This document shows, piece after piece, positions 1 through 13,029 of a DNA stretch of 64,000 bases; within the stretch, counting starts at the first letter, position 1, and each line of letters opens with the position of its first letter. Location: the NCBI RefSeq assembly GCF_009914755.1, contig NC_060925.1; one strand, written 5' to 3'. The stretch is from the human T2T-CHM13v2.0 reference genome, Homo sapiens. A program made the translations under genes and the position numbers. The notes under the pieces are model-generated. The model did no database searches, was not told the origin of the DNA, and was given only the letters and a program-made list of their open reading frames with translations.

Positions 1-395
1 TCGAATGGACTCGAATGGAATAATCATTGAACGGAATCGAATGGAATCATCATCGGATGGAAACGAATGGAATCATCGAATGAACTCGAATGGAATCATC
101 ATTGAATGGAATCGAATGGAATCATCGAGTGGAATCGAATGGAATTATGATCAAATGGAATCGAATCTAATCATCATCAAATGGAATCAAAAATAACCAT
201 CATCAATTGGTATTGAATGGAATTGTCATCAAATGGAATTCAAAGGAATCATCATCAAATGGAACCGAATGGAATCCTCATTGAATGGAAATGAAAGGGG
301 TCATCATCTAATGGAATCGCATGGAATCATCATCAAATGGAATCGAATGGAATCATCATCAAATGGAATCTAATGGAATCATTGAACAGAATTGA

Positions 396-2171
396 ATGGA
401 ATCGTCATCGAATGAATTGAATGCAATCATCGAATGGTCTCGAATGGAATCATCTTCTAATGGAAAGGAATGGAATCATCGCATAGAATCGAATGGAATT
501 ATCATCGAATGGAATCGAATGGTATCAACACCAAACGGAAAAAAACGGAATTATCGAATGGAATCGAAGAGAATCTTCGAACGGACCCGAATGGAATCAT
601 CTAATGGAATGGAATGGAATAATCCATGGACTCGAATGCAATCATCATCGAATGGAATCGAATGGAATCATCGAATGGACTCGAATGGAATAATCATTGA
701 ACGGAATCGAATGGAATCATCATCGGATGGAAACGAATGGAATCATCATCGAATGGAAATGAAAGGAGTCATCATCTAATGGAATTGCATGGAATCATCA
801 TAAAATGGAATCGAATGGAATCAACATCAAATGGAATCAAATGGAATCATTGAAAGGAATTGAATGGAATCGTCATCGAATGAATTGACTGCAATCATCG
901 AATGGTCTCGAATGGAATCATCTTCAAATGGAATGGAATGGAATCATCGCATAGAATCGAATGGAATTATCATCGAATGGAATCGAATGGAATCAACATC
1001 AAACGGAAAAAAACGGAATTATCGAATGGAATCAAAGAGAATCATCGAATGGACCCGAATGGAATCATCTAATGGAATGGAATGGAATAATCCATGGACT
1101 CGAATGCAATCATCATCGAATGGAATCGAATGGAATCATCGAATGGACTCGAATGGAATAATCATTGAACGGAATCGAATGGAATCATCATCGGATGGAA
1201 ATGAATGGAATCATCATCGAATGGAATGGAATAGAATTATGGAATGAAATCCAGTGTGATCATCATCGAATGGACCCGAATGGAATCATCATCCAACGGA
1301 AGCTAATGGAATCAACATCGAATGAATCGAATGGAAACACCATCGAATTGAAACGAATGGAATTATCATGAAATTGAAATGGATGGACTCATCATCGAAT
1401 GGATTCGAATGGAATCATCGAATAAAATTGATTGAAATCATCATCGAATGGAATCGAATGGTATCATTGAATGGAATCGAATGGAATCATCATCAGATGG
1501 AAATGAATGGAATCGTCATAGAATGGAATCGAATGGATTCATTGAATGGAATCAGATTGAATCATCGAATGGACTGGAATGGAATCATTGAATGGACTCG
1601 AAAGGGATCATTATTGAATGGAATTGAATGGAATCATCGAATGGTCTCGATTGGAATCATTATCAAATGGAATCGAATGGAATCACCGAATAGAATCGAA
1701 TGGAACAATCATCGAATGGACTCAAATGGAATTATCCTCAAATGGAATCGAATGGAATTATCGAATGCAATCGAATGGAATTATCGAATGCAATCGAATA
1801 GAATCATCGAATGGACTCGAATGGAATCATCGAATGGAATGGAATGGAACAGTCAATGAACACGAATGGAATCATCATTGAATGGAATCGAATGGAATCA
1901 TCGAGTGGAATCGAATGGAATTATGATCAAATGGAATCGAATGTAATCATCATCAAATGGAATCAAAAATAACCATCATCAATTGGTATTGAATGGAATT
2001 GTCATCAAATGGAATTCAAAGGAATCATCATCAAATGGAACCGAATGGAATCCTCATTGAATGGAAATGAAAGGGGTCATCATCTAATGGAATCGCATGG
2101 AATCATCACCAAATGGAATCGAATGGAATCATCATCAAATGGAATCTAATGGAATCATTGAACAGAATTGA
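396..2171 (+). repeat. Representative 1,776-bp unit = 468-bp A module (396-863) + 1,308-bp B core (864-2171)
   Basis: The marker GAATTGAATGGAATCGTCATCGAATGAATTG recurs at 396, 864, 2172, 2640, 3948, 4416, 5724, 6192, 7500 and 7968, with alternating spacings of 468 and 1,308. Single-copy landmarks CCAGTGTGATC, GGAAGCTAATG and GGAATTCAAAGG occur once per unit. Confidence 0.95.
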
Positions 2172-5100
2172 ATGGAATCGTCATCGAATGAATTGAATGC
2201 AATCATCGAATGGTCTCGAATGGAATCATCTTCTAATGGAAAGGAATGGAATCATCGCATAGAATCGAATGGAATTATCATCGAATGGAATCGAATGGTA
2301 TCAACACCAAACGGAAAAAAACGGAATTATCGAATGGAATCGAAGAGAATCTTCGAACGGACCCGAATGGAATCATCTAATGGAATGGAATGGAATAATC
2401 CATGGACTCGAATGCAATCATCATCGAATGGAATGGAATGGAATCATCGAATGGACTCGAATGGAATAATCATTGAACGGAATCGAATGGAATCATCATC
2501 GGATGGAAACGAATGGAATCATCATCGAATGGAAATGAAAGGAGTCATCATCTAATGCAATTGCATGGAATCATCATCAAATGGAATCGAATGGAATCAA
2601 CATCAAATGGAATCTAATGGAATCATTGAACAGAATTGAATGGAATCGTCATCGAATGAATTGACTGCAATCATCGAATGGTCTCGAATGGAATCATCTT
2701 CTAATGGAAAGGAATGGAATCATCGCATAGAATCGAATGGAATTATCATCGAATGGAATCGAATGGTATCAACACCAAACGGAAAAAAACGGAATTATCG
2801 AAAGGAATCGAAGAGAATCTTCGAACGGACCCGAATGGAATCATCTAATGGAATGGAATGGAATAATCCATGGACTCGAATGCAATCATCATCGAATGGA
2901 ATCGAATGGAATCATCGAATGGACTCGAATGGAATAATCATTGAACGGAATCGAATGGAATCATCATCGGATGGAAATGAATGGAATCATCATCGAATGG
3001 AATCGAATAGAATTATGGAATGAAATCCAGTGTGATCATCATCGAATGGACCCGAATGGAATCATCATCCAACAGAAGCTAATGGAATCAACATCGAATG
3101 AATCGAATGGAAACACCATCGAATTCAAACGAATGGAATTACCATGAAATTGAAATGGATGGACTCATCATCGAATGGATTCGGATGGAATCATCGAATA
3201 AAATTGATTGAAATCATCATCGAATGGAATCGAATGGTATCATTGAATGGAATCGAATGGAATCATCATCAGATGGAAATGAATGGAATCGTCATAGAAT
3301 GGAATCGAATGGATTCATTGAATGGAATCAGATGGAATCATCGAATGGACTGGAATGGAATCATTGAATGGACTCAAAAGGTATCATGATTGAATGGAAT
3401 TGAATGGAATCATCGAATGGTCTCGATTGGAATCATTATTAAATGGAATCGAATGGAATCACCGAATAGAATCGAATGGAACAATCATCGAATGGACTCA
3501 AATGGAATTATCCTCAAATGGAATCGAATGGAATTATCAAATGCAATCGAATAGAATTATCGAATGCAATCGAATAGAATCATCGAATGGACTCGAATGG
3601 AATCATCGAATGGAATGGAATGGAACAGTCAATGAACTCGAATGGAATCATCATTGAATGGAATCGAATGTAATCATCGAGTGGAATCGAATGGAATTAT
3701 GATCAAATGGAATCGAATGTAATCATCATCAAATGGAATCAAAAATAACCATCATCAATTGGTATTGAATGGAATTGTCATCAAATGGAATTCAAAGGAA
3801 TCATCATCAAATGGAACCGAATGGAATCCTCATTGAATGGAAATGAAAGGGGTCATCATCTAATGGAATCGCATGGAATCATCATCAAATGGAATCGAAT
3901 GGAATCATCATCAAATGGAATCTAATGGAATCATTGAACAGAATTGAATGGAATCGTCATCGAATGAATTGAATGCAATCATCGAATGGTCTCGAATGGA
4001 ATCATCTTCTAATGGAAAGGAATGGAATCATCGCATAGAATCGAATGGAATTATCATTGAATGGAATCGAATGGTATCAACACCAAACGGAAAAAAACGG
4101 AATTATCGAATGGAATCGAAGAGAATCTTCGAACGGACCCGAATGGAATCATCTAATGGAATGGAATGGAATAATCCATGGACTCGAATGCAATCATCAT
4201 CGAATGGAATCGAATGGAATCATCGAATGGACTCGAATGGAATAATCATTGAACGGAATCGAATGGAATCATCATCGGATGGAAACGAATGGAATCATCA
4301 TCGAATGGAAATGAAAGGAGTCATCATCTAATGGAATTGCATGGAATCATCATAAAATGGAATCGAATGGAATCAACATCAAATGGAATCAAATGGAATC
4401 ATTGAACGGAATTGAATGGAATCGTCATCGAATGAATTGACTGCAATCATCGAATGGTCTCGAATGGAATCATCTTCAAATGGAATGGAATGGAATCATC
4501 GCATAGAATCGAATGGAATTATCATCGAATGGAATCGAATGGAATCAACATCAAACGGAAAAAAACAGAATTATCGTATGGAATCGAAGAGAATCATCGA
4601 GTGGACCCGAATGGAATCATCTAATGGAATGGAATGGAATAATCCATGGACTCGAATGCAATCATCATCGAATGGAATCGAATGGAATCATCGAATGGAC
4701 TCGAATGGAATAATCATTGAACGGAATCGAATGGAATCATCATCGGATGGAAATGAATGGAATCATCATCGAATGGAATCGAATAGAATTATGGAATGAA
4801 ATCCAGTGTGATCATCATCGAATGGACCCGAATGGAATCATCATCCAACGGAAGCTAATGGAATCAACATCGAATGAATCGAATGGAAACACCATCGAAT
4901 TGAAACGAATGGATTTATCATGAAATTGAAATGGATGGACTCATCATCGAATGGATTCGAATGGAATCATCGAATAAAATTGATTGAAATCATCATCCAA
5001 TGGAATCGAATGGTATCATTGAATGGAATCGAATGGAATCATCATCAGATGGAAATGAATGGAATCGTCATAGAATGGAATCGAATGGATTCATTGAATG

Positions 5101-8100
5101 GAATCAGATGGAATCATCGAATGGACTGGAATGGAATCATTGAATGGACTCGAAAGGGATCATGATTGAATGGAATTGAATGGAATCATCGAATGGTCTC
5201 GATTGGAATCATTATCAAATGGAATCGAATGGAATCATCGAATAGAATCGAATGGAACAATCATCGAATGTACTCAAATGGAATTATCCTCAAATGGAAT
5301 CGAATGGAATTATCGAATGCAATCGAATGGAATTATCGAATGCAATCGAATAGAATCATCGAATGGACTCGAATGGAATCATCGAATGGAATGGAATGGA
5401 ACAGTCAATGAACACGAATGGAATCATCATTGAATGGAATCTAATGGAATCATCGAGTGGAATCGAATGGAATTATGATCAAATGGAATCGAATGTAATC
5501 ATCATCAAATGGAATCAAAAATAACCATCATCAATTGCTATTGAATGGAATTGTCATCAAATGGAATTCAAAGGAATCATCATCAAATGGAACCGAATGG
5601 AATCCTCATTGAATGGAAATGAAAGGGGTCATCATCTAATGGAATCGCATGGAATCATCATCAAATGGAATCGAATGGAATCATCATCAAATGGAATCTA
5701 ATGGAATCATTGAACAGAATTGAATGGAATCGTCATCGAATGAATTGAATGCAATCATCGAATGGTCTCGAATGGAATCATCTTCTAATGGAAAGGAATG
5801 GAATCATCGCATAGAATCGAATGGAATTATCATCGAATGGAATCGAATGGTATCAACACCAAACGGAAAAAAACGGAATTATCGAATGGAATCGAAGAGA
5901 ATCTTCGAACGGACCCGAATGGAATCATCTAATGGAATGGAATGGAATAATCCATGGACTCGAATGCAATCATCATCGAATGGAATCGAATGGAATCATC
6001 GAATGGACTCGAATGGAATAATCATTGAACGGAATCGAATGGAATCATCATCGGATGGAAACGAATGGAATCATCATCGAATGGAAATGAAAGGAGTCAT
6101 CATCTAATGGAATTGCATGGAATCATCATAAAATGGAATCGAATGGAATCAACATCAAATGGAATCAAATGGAATCATTGAACGGAATTGAATGGAATCG
6201 TCATCGAATGAATTGACTGCAATCATCGAATGGTCTCGAATGGAATCATCTTCAAATGGAAGGGAATGGAATCATCGCATAGAATCGAATGGAATTATCA
6301 TCGAATGGAATCGAATGGAATCAACATCAAACGGAAAAAAACAGAATTATCGTATGGAATCGAAGAGAATCATCGAATGGACCCGAATGGAATCATCTAA
6401 TGGAATGGAATGGAATAATCCATGGACTCGAATGCAATCATCATCGAATGGAATCGAATGGAATCATCGAATGGACTCGAATGGAATAATCATTGAACGG
6501 AATCGAATGGAATCATCATCGGATGGAAATGAATGGAATCATCATCGAATGGAATCGAATAGAATTATGGAATGAAATCCAGTGTGATCATCATCGAATG
6601 GACCCGAATGGAATCATCATCCAACGGAAGCTAATGGAATCAACATCGAATGAATCGAATGGAAACACCATCGAATTGAAACGAATGGAATTATCATGAA
6701 ATTGAAATGGATGGACTCATCATCGAATGGATTCGAATCGAATCATCGAATAAAATTGATTGAAATCATCATCCAATGGAATCGAATGGTATCATTGAAT
6801 GGAATCGAATGGAATCATCATCAGATGGAAATGAATGGAATCGTCATAGAATGGAATCGAATGGATTCATTGAATGGAATCAGATGGAATCATCGAATGG
6901 ACTGGAATGGAATCATTGAATGGACTCGAAAGGGATCATTATTGAATGGAATTGAATGGAATCATCGAATGGTCTCGATTGGAATCATTATCAAATGGAA
7001 TCGAATGGAATCACCGAATAGAATCGAATGGAACAATCATCGAATGGACTCAAATGGAATTATCCTCCAATGGAATGGAATGGAATTATCGAATGCAATC
7101 GAATGGAATTATCGAATGCAATCGAATAGAATCATCGAATGGACTCGAATGGAATCATCGAATGGAATGGAATGGAACAGTCAATGAACTCGAATGGAAT
7201 CATCATTGAATGGAATCGAATGGAATCATCGAGTGGAATCGAATGGAATTATGATCAAATGGAATCGAATGTAATCATCATCAAATGGAATCAAAAATAA
7301 CCATCATCAATTGGTATTGAATGGAATTGTCATCAAATGGAATTCAAAGGAATCATCATCAAATGGAACCGAATGGAATCCTCATTGAATGGAAATGAAA
7401 GGGGTCATCATCTAATGGAATCGCATGGAATCATCATCAAATGGAATCGAATGGAATCACCATCAAATGGAATCTAATGGAATCATTGAACAGAATTGAA
7501 TGGAATCGTCATCGAATGAATTGAATGCAATCATCGAATGGTCTCGAATGGATTCATCTTCTAATGGAAAGGAATGGAATCATCGCATAGAATCGAATGG
7601 AATTATCATCGAATGGAATCGAATGGTATCAACACCAAACGGAAAAAAACGGAATTATCGAATGGAATCGAAGAGAATCTTCGAACGGACCCGAATGGAA
7701 TCATCTAATGGAATGGAATGGAATAATCCATGGACTCGAATGCAATCATCATCGAATGGAATCGAATGGAATCATCGAATGGACTCGAATGGAATAATCA
7801 TTGAACGGAATCGATTGGAATCATCATCGGATGGAAACGAATGGAATCATCATCGAATGGAAATGAAAGGAGTCATCATCTAATGGAATTGCATGGAATC
7901 ATCATAAAATGGAATCGAATGGAATCAACATCAAATGGAATCAAATGGAATCATTGAACGGAATTGAATGGAATCGTCATCGAATGAATTGACTGCAATC
8001 ATCCAATGGTCTCGAATGGAATCATCTTCAAATGGAATGGAATGGAATCATCGCATAGAATCGAATGGAATTATCATCGAATGGAATCGAATGGAATCAA

Positions 8101-9275
8101 CATCCAACGGAAAAAAACGGAATTATCGAATGGAATCGAAGAGAATCATCGAATGGACCCGAATGGAATCATGTAATGGAATGGAATGGAATAATCCATG
8201 GACTCGAATGCAATCATCATCGAATGGAATCGAATGGAATCATCGAATGGACTCGAATGGAATAATCATTGAACGGAATCGAATGGAATCATCATCGGAT
8301 GGAAATGAATGGAATCATCATCGAATGGAATCGAATAGAATTATGGAATGAAATCCAGTGTGATCATCATCGAATGGACCCGAATGGAATCATCATCCAA
8401 CGGAAGCTAATGGAATCAACATCGAATGAATCAAATGGAAACACCATCGAATTGAAACGAATGGAATTATCATGAAATTGAAATGGATGGACTCATCATC
8501 GAATGGATTCGAATGGAATCATCGAATAAAATTGATTGAAATCATCATCGAATGGAATCGAATGGTATCATTGAATGGAATCGAATGGAATCATCATCAG
8601 ATGGAAATGAATGGAATCGTCATAGAATGGAATCGAATGGATTCATTGAATGGAATCAGATGGAATCATCGAATGGACTGGAATGGAATCATTGAATGGA
8701 CTCGAAAGGGATCATTATTGAATGGAATTGAATGGAATCATCGAATGGTCTCGATTGGAATCATTATCAAATGGAATCGAATGGAATCACCGAATAGAAT
8801 CGAATGGAACAATCATCGAATGGACTCAAATGGAATTATCCTCAAATGGAATCGAATGGAATTATCGAATGCAATCGAATGGAATTATCGAATGCAATCG
8901 AATAGAATCATCGAATGGACTCGAATGGAATCATCGAATGGAATGGAATGGAACAGTCAATGAACTCGAATGGAATCATCATTGAATGGAATCGAATGGA
9001 ATCATCGAGTGGAATCGAATGGAATTATGATCAAATGGAATCGAATGTAATCATCATCAAATGGAATCAAAAATAACCATCATCAATTGGTATTGAATGG
9101 AATTGTCATCAAATGGAATTCAAAGGAATCATCATCAAATGGAACCGAACGGAATCCTCATTGAATGGAAATGAAAGGGGTCATCATCTAATGGAATCGC
9201 ATGGAATCATCATAAAATGGAATCGAATGAAATCAACATCAAATGGAATCAAATGGAATCATTGAACGGAATTGA

Positions 9276-10583
9276 ATGGAATCGTCATCGAATGAATTGG
9301 ATGCAATCATCGAATGGTCTCGAATGGAATCTTCTTCAAATGGAATGGAATGGAATCATCGCATAGAATCGAATGGAATTATCATCGAATGGAATCGAAT
9401 GGAATCAACATCAAACGGAAAAAAACGGAATTATCGAATGGAATCGAAGAGAATCATCGAATGGACCCGAATGGAATCATCTAATGGAATGGAATGGAAT
9501 AATCCATGGACTCGAATGCAATCATCATCGAATGGAATCGAATGGAATCATCGAATGGACTCGAATGGAATAATCATTGAACGGAATCGAATGGAATCAT
9601 CATCGGATGGAAATGAATGGAATCATCATCGAATGGAATCGAATACAATTATGGAATGAAATCCAGTGTGATCATCATCGAATGGACCCGAATGGAATCA
9701 TCATCCAACGGAAGCTAATGGAATCAACATCGAATGAATCAAATGGAAACACCATCGAATTGAAACGAATGGAATTATCATGAAATTGAAATGGATGGAC
9801 TCATCATCGAATGGATTCGAAAGGAATCATCGAATAAAATTGATTGAAATCATCATCGAATGGAATCGAATGGTATCATTGAATGGAATCGAATGGAATC
9901 ATCATCAGATGGAAATGAATGGAATCGTCATAGAATGGAATCGAATGGATTCATTGAATGGAATCAGATGGAATCATCCAATGGACTGGAATGGAATCAT
10001 TGAATGGACTCGAAAGGGATCATGATTGAATGGAATTGAATGGAATCATCGAATGGTCTCGATTGGAATCATTATCAAATGGAATCGAATGGAATCACCG
10101 AATAGAATCGAATGGAACAATCATCGAATGGACTCAAATGGAATTATCCTCAAATGGAATCGAATGGAATTATCGAATGCAATCGAATGGAATTATCGAA
10201 TGCAATCGAATAGAATGATCGAATGGACTCGAATGGAATCATTGAATGGAATGGAATGGAACAGTCAATGAACTCGAATGGAATCATCATTGAATGGAAT
10301 CGAATGGAATCATCGAGTGGAATCGAATGGAATTATGATCAAATGGAATCGAATGTAATCATCATCAAATGGAATCAAAAATAACCATCATAAATTGGTA
10401 TTGAATGGAATTGTCATCAAATGGAATTCAAAGGAATCAATATCAAATGGAACCGAATGGAATCCTCATTGAATGGAAATGAAAGGGGTCATCATCTAAT
10501 GGAATCGCATGGAATCATCATCAAATGGAATCGAATGGAATCATCATCAAATGGAATCTAATGGAATCATTGAACAGAATTGA
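9276..10583 (+). repeat. 1,308-bp unit lacking the 468-bp A module
   Basis: Marker spacing 7968-9276-10584 is 1,308 + 1,308, and there is no GAAAGGAGTCATC A-module tail in between. Confidence 0.92.
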
Positions 10584-12359
10584 ATGGAATCGTCATCGAA
10601 TGAATTGAATGCAATCATCGAATGGTCTCGAATGGAATCATCTTCTAATGGAAAGGAATGGAATCATCGCATAGAATCGAATGGAATTATCATCGAATGG
10701 AATCGAATGGTATCAACACCAAACGGAAAAAAACGGAATTATCGAATGGAATCGAAGAGAATCTTCGAACGGACCCGAATGGAATCATCTAATGGAATGG
10801 AATGGAATAATCCATGGACTCGAATGCAATCATCAACGAATGGAATCGAAGGGAATCATCGAATGGACTCGAACGGAATAATCATTGAACGGAATCGAAT
10901 GGAATCATCATCGGATGGAAACGAATGGAATCATCATCGAATGGAAATGAAAGGAGTCATCATCTAATGGAATTGCATGGAATCATCATAAAATGGAATC
11001 GAATGGAATCAACATCAAATGGAATCAAATGGAATCATTGAACGGAATTGAATGGAATCGTCATCGAATGAATTGACTGCAATCATCGAATGGTCTCGAA
11101 TGGAATCATCTTCAAATGGAATGGAATGGAATCATCGCATACAATCGAATGGAATTATCATCGAATGGAATCGAATGGAATCAACATCAAACGGAAAAAA
11201 ACGGAATTATCGAATGGAATCGAAGAGAATCATCGAATGGACCCGAATGGAATCATCTAATGGAATGGAATGGAATAATCCATGGACTCGAATGCAATCA
11301 TCATCGAATGGAATCGAATGGAATCATCGAATGGACTCGAATGGAATAATCATTGAACGGAATCGAATGGAATCATCATCGGATGGAAATGAATGGAATC
11401 ATCATCGAATGGAATCGAATAGAATTATGGAATGAAATCCAGTGTGATCATCATCGAATGGACCCGAATGGAATCATCATCCAACGGAAGCTAATGGAAT
11501 CAACATCGAATGAATCGAATGGAAACACCATCGAATTGAAACGAATGGAATTATCATGAAATTGAAATGGATGGACTCATCATCGAATGGATTCGAATGG
11601 AATCATCGAATAAAATTGATTGAAATCATCATCGAATGGAATCGAATGGTATCATTGAATGGAATCGAATGGAATCATCATCAGATGGAAATGAATGGAA
11701 TCGTCATAGAATGGAATCGAATGGATTCATTGAATGGAATCAGATGGAATCATCGAATGGACTGGAATGGAATCATTGAATGGACTCGAAAGGGATCATG
11801 ATTGAATGGAATTGAATGGAATCATCGAATGGTCTCGATTGGAATCATTATCAAATGGAATCGAATGGAATCACCGAATAGAATCGAATGGAACAATCAT
11901 CGAATGGACTCAAATGGAATTATCCTCAAATGGAATCGAATGGAATTATCGAATGCAATCGAATGGAATTATCGAATGCAATCGAATAGAATCATCGAAT
12001 GGACTCGAATGGAATCATCGAATGGAATGGAATGGAACAGTCAATGAACACGAATGGAATCATCATTGAATGGAATCGAATGGAATCATCGAGTGGAATC
12101 GAATGGAATTATGATCAAATGGAATCGAATGTAATCATCATCAAATGGAATCAAAAATAACCATCATCAATTGCTATTGAATGGAACTGTCATCAAATGG
12201 AATTCAAAGGAATCATCATCAAATGGAACCGAATGGAATCCTCATTGAATGGAAATGAAAGGGGTCATCATCTAATGGAATCGCATGGAATCATCATCAA
12301 ATGGAATCGAATGGAATCATCATCAAATGGAATCTAATGGAATCATTGAACAGAATTGA

Positions 12360-13029
12360 ATGGAATCGTCATCGAATGAATTGAATGCAATCATCGAATG
12401 GTCTCGAATGGAATCATCTTCTAATGGAAAGGAATGGAATCATCGCATAGAATCGAATGGAATTATCATCGAATGGAATCGAATGGTATCAACACCAAAC
12501 GGAAAAAAACGGAATTATCGAATGGAATCGAAGAGAATCTTCGAACGGACCCGAATGGAATCATCTAATGGAATGGAATGGAATAATCCATGGACTCGAA
12601 TGCAATCATCATCGAATGGAATCGAATGGAATCATCGAATGGACTCGAATGGAATAATCATTGAACGGAATCGAATGGAATCATCATCGGATGGAAACGA
12701 ATGGAATCATCGAATGAACTCGAATGGAATCATCATTGAATGGAATCGAATGGAATCATCGAGTGGAATCGAATGGAATTATGATCAAATGGAATCGAAT
12801 CTAATCATCATCAAATGGAATCAAAAATAACCATCATCAATTGGTATTGAATGGAATTGTCATCAAATGGAATTCAAAGGAATCATCATCAAATGGAACC
12901 GAATGGAATCCTCATTGAATGGAAATGAAAGGGGTCATCATCTAATGGAATCGCATGGAATCATCATCAAATGGAATCGAATGGAATCATCATCAAATGG
13001 AATCTAATGGAATCATTGAACAGAATTGA
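12360..13029 (+). repeat. 670-bp truncated unit (net 1,106-bp internal deletion)
   Basis: The A-module end GGATGGAAACGAATGGAATCATC joins directly to GAATGAACTCGAATGG from the end of the B core at about 12711. The same junction occurs at about 77. Confidence 0.92.

Noticed and set aside
236-241. Regularly spaced EcoRI sites with gains (3121, about 28370 and later GGAATTCTC) and a loss (about 14646)
   Set aside because: These are useful unit markers but are just SNPs in the repeat, with no biological function supported.
563-585. Heat-shock-element-like GAAGAGAATCTTCGAAC in A modules
   Set aside because: It has only two properly alternating nGAAn units and a canonical HSE needs three. A match like this is expected by chance in a GAA-rich repeat.
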